Part shown: positions 25,601 to 64,000 of the stretch, one piece after another | Layout of the letters: each line of letters opens with the position of its first letter | How positions within the stretch are numbered: position 1 is the stretch's first letter | Source: the human T2T-CHM13v2.0 reference genome, Homo sapiens | Length of the DNA: 64,000 nucleotides | Reading direction: 5' to 3' (one strand) | NCBI RefSeq assembly: GCF_009914755.1 | Contig: NC_060947.1 | The notes under the pieces: generated by a model | What the model was told of the DNA's origin: nothing | The model's database searches: none | Seen by the model: the letters and a program-made list of their open reading frames with translations, nothing else | Made by a program: the position numbers and the translations under genes

Positions 25601-28349
25601 AAAGATAAAATGGAAAATTAGTTTAAAAATTATAAAGCTCTATAAAACTGCAAAGGATATTTAATATTTCGTGTCCTAGTTAATGACCCACTTTTTAAGC
25701 AATAGTTAATAACATCAAAATCCAGGTCCAAGCAGAGAGTTTAAATTCTCTTTTAGAGTTTGTTATAACAGAATTCTTCCTGTCCTGGTTAGGTCTTACA
25801 TAGCAGCAGTATAGATATTTTACTTAAATATTCCAGAGTGTTTTGTGTTTGCACAACAGATTTTGGTGCAGATGGGTTTGGGCAATATCCTTAAATCATA
25901 CCCTCTGCTGCACTCATCTTAGGGCCAACCAACTCAGACATACTGAATTAATTAGCAAGCTCTTACTTAGCACCTACTTTGTGCCTAGTAATCCCCTGTG
26001 GGTAGGTAACCAGACACCCAGGTTTGTCTGGCACTGTTACTGTTTATGCTGTCTTTCCCAGGTAATTGCTAATAGTGCCCCTTTCACTTTCAAAAGTGTC
26101 CTAGTTTTAATGATCAATGGTCACACTACTATAATCACTTATGGGGCATGGAAGGAAACACAGGAAGCTTCTGGCTTACAAATGCCAGACTTATAAATTT
26201 CGCTCCCCATCCCACGTCCTCACCACTGGAACTACCGGTATTACTTCCAGGGTGGGGGGCATTGTGAAAACTATGGGTCTTTTAGAGACTTGGTGGACTT
26301 AGAAGTCAAGGCAGAACCAAGCCTGAGAAAAGGTGGTATGGATCTCCAGAGACCCACCCTACAAGTTGTCCTCCTTTGCAAAATCTTCTCCCTCAAACTA
26401 TTTCTCTTTATTGCATTGCCTAATTCTCCTGGTCAGAGATTTATGTGAGGAAAGTAAGCACTGTATTTTTAATAGCACAAACAGGTTGGAGAATGTTCAA
26501 TGAAACGTTTTTTTTTCCCTTCCTAACATGGAGCTGCTGTCTGCTTATACAGGGGAAAGGGAGGGTTTCTGGGAGGAATAGAGGTGAAAAGGAAAAAGTA
26601 ATTTTGGAGCATGAGATATTCTGGGGAATGAGACTCTCCCTTAGGGCAAACTAGGGACCCAGGAGCCAGGGGGCCGTGAAGGTGGGAGGCAGAAGAGAAG
26701 GTGGATGTCAGAGACATGCAATAGTTATTTGGGGGAAAATGTTGATTTGTGCACAAGTCATATCTTGGGAAATGAAAGGAACGTTCTTTCTCTGTCACCT
26801 GCTGTTCCTCCTCACCCTCCACTGCCTTATACGGCCCAGTACGCAGAATTCAAGCCAGTGCTAGATTATGTGCTACATGCCTGACAGTGAGACTTATATT
26901 ATAACATTGCTTCTGCAGGAGTTCTTGCGTGCAGTCAACGAGTTTACCATTACATCTTGGGACACGCTCATTTTAAAGTTGGGAACTGCCTGTATAAGAC
27001 ATGGTCCCTACCCTGGAGGGATTCACAGTGACTAGATTTAAGGTAGACCAGTTAATAAATGCGAAACTACTGGAGAATAATCAATGGTCAGCTGTAGGAT
27101 ATTGGCTTTAAGTAAAATGGAAATTTATGCTAGGGTGGTATGTCGGTTCATTGAAATTCTCACATAGGACAGTATGACTGATCTATGCTAAGAATATACT
27201 TGGCTAGTAAGAGGAGGAAGAAGAAAACTCTAGTGATGGAAATCACCTGGAGCCAACGTTTGGCATCAGACATGAGCATGGACAGGATAGGCTGCAAGGA
27301 GGAATCAGGCATGATGGAAGCAAAATGGCTTTCTAAGAAGCAGTGGGAGATTGGAATGGCTAAAGTAAGATGGGGTCAAACATTTCCTGTAAATTAAAGA
27401 CAGGAACATAAAACATATCACTTGAAATTTGTACACATTTCATGTGACTGAACACTTTGAGGCAATAAATCTTGACATACTTTTTCAGGGGCATGAGTTA
27501 ATGTGGCTAAAGTTCAGATGAGGTGAGGATCAGATATTGGAAGAATGGGAATCCATATTAAGGACTTTGGATTTGATGAAAGAGTCCATTTATGGTGTTA
27601 CTGGAAATATTTCACTAGGGCTGGAACATTGGCCTGCGGCTGGCACACAGGATGAAGGTGGAATAAGTCAGGGAGACCACTTAGGAAGCTGCTATGATAG
27701 GCCAAAGTGGGAAGCTGAGTACCTGGACCAAGATGGAAGCAGCAGATTGGAGAAAGAACACATCTGAAAGTCGCTGTGGAGATGGAAATGATAGGACTTA
27801 GAAATCACATGGGAAGAGCCAGAGAAAGTCCTTAGGTTTCTCCGGGTAACTTAAGCATAATAGGAACACTATTAGAAGTTCATGTTCCCATGAAAGTTCC
27901 TTACCTGTGGAGCCTCCCATGCCCTCCTGGTGAACCTCCATTTCTAAGGAAACCCTATAGCATTTACTGAGTATCTTAATTCTCCAAAAAATCAGACTTC
28001 TCCAAAGAAAGTCTTTAAGCATGTATTCACTAACTTGATTTTGCAAAATTACGTTAGCAAATACGTGCTATAAGGTTTCTAACCCGACAGACAAAAGCAT
28101 GTAAATCATTTTACTGCTAGTTTTGGTGGAGGGTAGTGACAACTGCCAGTGTTTCAAAAAAGAGTAACATATCCAGAGTTTGTTCACACAGAAATGAATG
28201 CTTTTTAGCTTCATAACCCCTGTGCCCTTCCCGTGAGCCCCATCTCCCCAGGAAACGATATAGTACCAATTTACTAACTTAATTTGTAAAAGGAGGTTAG
28301 TGAATCAATTCTGTAAGACTCATGGAAATATTTGAAATTAATTAGCCTT

Positions 28350-28728
28350 GTCAGCTTTTATTTGCATAGGCTCTCTTCCAACCATATCCCCCAGCCCAAG
28401 TACAACGTTTTAGTAAGATTGATTTTAAACAATGAGACTTAGAGAATCTGTGTACAAGGAGCTTGAATAATTTAAATGCGTGGGTTTATTATTAACACAG
28501 TAGCAAATATATCAAGGAAACACGCCCCATGAAAAGTGTTTCAAAGAAACACAAATCTGTACTGAAAAAAGTCTATACGCAATAAGTAAGCCCAAAGAGG
28601 CATGTTTGCTTGGCGATGCCCAGCAGATAAGCCAGGCAAACCTCGGTGTGATCGAAGAAGCCAATTTGAGACTCAGCCTAGTCCAGGCAAGCTACTGGCA
28701 CCTGCTGCTCTCAACTAACCTCCACACA
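28350..28728 (+). promoter_or_regulatory. VSIG1 proximal promoter and 5'UTR, non-CpG-island type with endodermal TF motifs
   Basis: Repeat-free sequence before the ATG. ATTTGCAT 28360, AACAATG 28428, GTTTATTATTAAC 28484, GCAAATA 28503, TGTTTGC 28603, AGATAA 28625. The TSS cannot be fixed from sequence alone. Confidence 0.6.
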
Positions 28729-60977
<32,249 letters not shown>

Positions 60978-61309
60978 GCTGGTGGCCTAAGTACAGCATT
61001 AATCATTAAGGAACCCATTACTGCCATTTGGAATTCAAATAACCTAACCAACCTCCACCTCCTCCTTCCATTTTGACCAACCTTCTTCTAACAAGGTGCT
61101 CATTCCTACTATGAATCCAGAATAAACACGCCAAGATAACAGCTAAATCAGCAAGGGTTCCTGTATTACCAATATAGAATACTAACAATTTTACTAACAC
61201 GTAAGCATAACAAATGACAGGGCAAGTGATTTCTAACTTAGTTGAGTTTTGCAACAGTACCTGTGTTGTTATTTCAGAAAATATTATTTCTCTCTTTTTA
61301 ACTACTCTT

Positions 61310-61602
61310 TTTTTTTATTTTAGACAGAGTCTTGCTCCGTCGCGCAGGCTGTGATCGTAGTGGTGCGATCTCGGCTCACTGCAACCTCCGCTCCCTGGGT
61401 TCAAGCGATTCTCCTGCCTGAGCCTCCTGAGTAGCTGGGACTACAGGCACGTGCCACCACGCCCGGCTAATTTTTTGTATTTTTAGTAGAGATGGGGTTT
61501 CACGTTGTTAGCCAGGATGGTCTCCATCTCCTGACCTCATGATCCGCCCACCTTGGCCTCCCAAAATGCTGGGATTACAGGCATGAGCCACTGCGCCCGG
61601 CC
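61310..61602 (-). mobile_element. Alu (Sc/Y-like, CpG-rich) in the 3'UTR
   Basis: Antisense Alu. 17-bp TSD tcttttta(a/g)ctactctt at 61293 and 61603. Confidence 0.95.
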
Positions 61603-61848
61603 TCTTTTTAGCTACTCTTATGTTCCACATGCACATATGACAAGGTGGCATTAATTAGATTCAATATTATTTCTAGGAATAGTTCCTCATTCATTTTTAT
61701 ATTGACCACTAAGAAAATAATTCATCAGCATTATCTCATAGATTGGAAAATTTTCTCCAAATACAATAGAGGAGAATATGTAAAGGGTATACATTAATTG
61801 GTACGTAGCATTTAAAATCAGGTCTTATAATTAATGCTTCATTCCTCA

Positions 61849-62286
<438 letters not shown>

Positions 62287-62719
62287 TCAGTGAATACAAA
62301 ATGTTGATATCATAGGTGATGTACAATTTAGTTTTGAATGAGTTATTATGTTATCACTGTGTCTGATGTTATCTACTTTGAAAGGCAGTCCAGAAAAGTG
62401 TTCTAAGTGAACTCTTAAGATCTATTTTAGATAATTTCAACTAATTAAATAACCTGTTTTACTGCCTGTACATTCCACATTAATAAAGCGATACCAATCT
62501 TATATGAATGCTAATATTACTAAAATGCACTGATATCACTTCTTCTTCCCCTGTTGAAAAGCTTTCTCATGATCATATTTCACCCACATCTCACCTTGAA
62601 GAAACTTACAGGTAGACTTACCTTTTCACTTGTGGAATTAATCATATTTAAATCTTACTTTAAGGCTCAATAAATAATACTCATAATGTCTCATTTTAGT
62701 GACTCCTAAGGCTAGTCCT

Positions 62720-63015
62720 TTTATAAACAACTTTTTCTGACATAGCATTTATGTATAATAAACCAGACATTTAAAGTGTACAATTTGATGAGTTTTGACA
62801 GAGCACATACCCATGAAACCACCACACCCATCTAGAGAGAAAACATTTCCATCAGCCCAAAATGTTTCTTCATGCCCCTTTGTGCGATCCCACCATTGCC
62901 CTGGACCTAGGAAATCACTCATTGTTTTCCATCACTAGAGGTTAACTTTGCCTTTTCTTGGCCCTCATACATATGGGATGATACAGTATGTACTTTTTGT
63001 GTCTCACTTCCTTCT
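62720..63015 (-). mobile_element. Old L1 3' end (L1MC/ME-like), antisense
   Basis: tttaaagtgtacaatttgatgagttttgaca...aaccaccac...aacatttccatcagcccaaaa...atacagtatgtactttttgtgtct. Confidence 0.78.
62757..62762 (+). terminator. Probable distal polyadenylation signal of VSIG1
   Basis: AATAAA preceded by TGTA (CFIm motif) and followed by gtgtacaatttgatgagttttg. Confidence 0.65.
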
Positions 63016-64000
63016 AAGGTGAATCCTTTTTAAACAAAGTAGTGAGTTTCTCATTTATCACTTTCAGATTTTCATGTAAAATATTTTCTTAAACTGCAAA
63101 CTCCTTTCTATATAAATCATAACCATACACAGATTGAGGTAGAGTCTCTGTAGGTTTTAAGGAGAGTTAAAATGGAAATTAACATTACACTTATCTAGAG
63201 CCATGGAGAGAAGAGATAGCAAGCGTTTATTTCTGCATTTTCTTCGATGCGTCCATTTTCAGAAAATGTCAGGGATTTCTGATGCATTTATAATTTCATT
63301 CATACTAAATATGATAGTATGGTATATGGTGTCTGATGGACACAAGAAGCAAAATAATGAAGGTCTTAAGAATGACCTAATATTTAGAGATTAAAAAGTA
63401 AACAACAGTGTAAACATCTCAATTACCAGAATGCCCAAGTAGCTGGAATTCATTTTTCCTTTCCATTTTTATTATAGAGGCAAATCGCAAGAGACTGACA
63501 TGTAATAGTCAACAATTACACCCCAAAATTTTTGATGGATCAGTGCAGTCCAGGAAAGAAAGCACTACTGGTAGTCTTATAGAGCTCTGTCCTTATTAGC
63601 ACTGTTCTGTTCAAAATACTGATGAATAGTTGGATCAGTGGCTTGTAACCTTTTTCTGAGGTCATGGAACACCTTGAGAATCTGCTGAAAACTCTAAACT
63701 CATCTTCACTGAAAGATGCTTATACACATAAAGTGTCACATATAGTTTCAGGTGAGTTACAGACTCCCTGAATCCAAGATGAAGAAACAGTTACTTAGAT
63801 CAAAACACACAAAGTACACTTAATAAATTTGTGGATGACTTGCTCCTAGGGGGAATGGCCACTAGGCTATAAGAAAGAATCACGATTCAGAATGATCTTG
63901 ATAGCTCAAAAGTGGAGTTGAAACCAACAAAATGAATTTGACAGGAATAAATAGAAAAATCTGGATTTAAAAATATGAAGTACATGTTGCCCAGGCAGAA

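Overview
This is primate, almost certainly human, genomic DNA from Xq22.3: AT-rich, CpG-poor and dense in Alu, L1, L2, MIR and LTR elements. It holds one complete protein-coding gene on the + strand, VSIG1 (V-set and Ig domain-containing 1, CTX/JAM/GPA33 family). Seven GT-AG coding exons (28729-28777, 41634-41797, 50532-50730, 56273-56428, 56846-56965, 59673-59814, 60644-60977) total 1164 nt, or 387 aa. An in-frame 108-nt cassette exon (45024-45131) gives a 423-aa form. The upstream 28 kb is mostly nested transposon relics, including a degraded class I ERV with a tRNA-His-like PBS. Nearly all other ORFs in the track are repeat-derived or chance. I found no convincing novel biological system. 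The best leads are: an inverted Alu pair in the 3'UTR that alternative polyadenylation could include or exclude, a distal poly(A) signal inside an antisense L1 end, a young 690/708-bp tandem duplication 3-4.5 kb upstream of the gene, a Cys-rich cassette exon splitting the V domain, and an apparent ancient segment duplication (~60-480 vs ~14610-15030). Repeat subfamily names come from recalled consensus sequences and have not been computationally checked.
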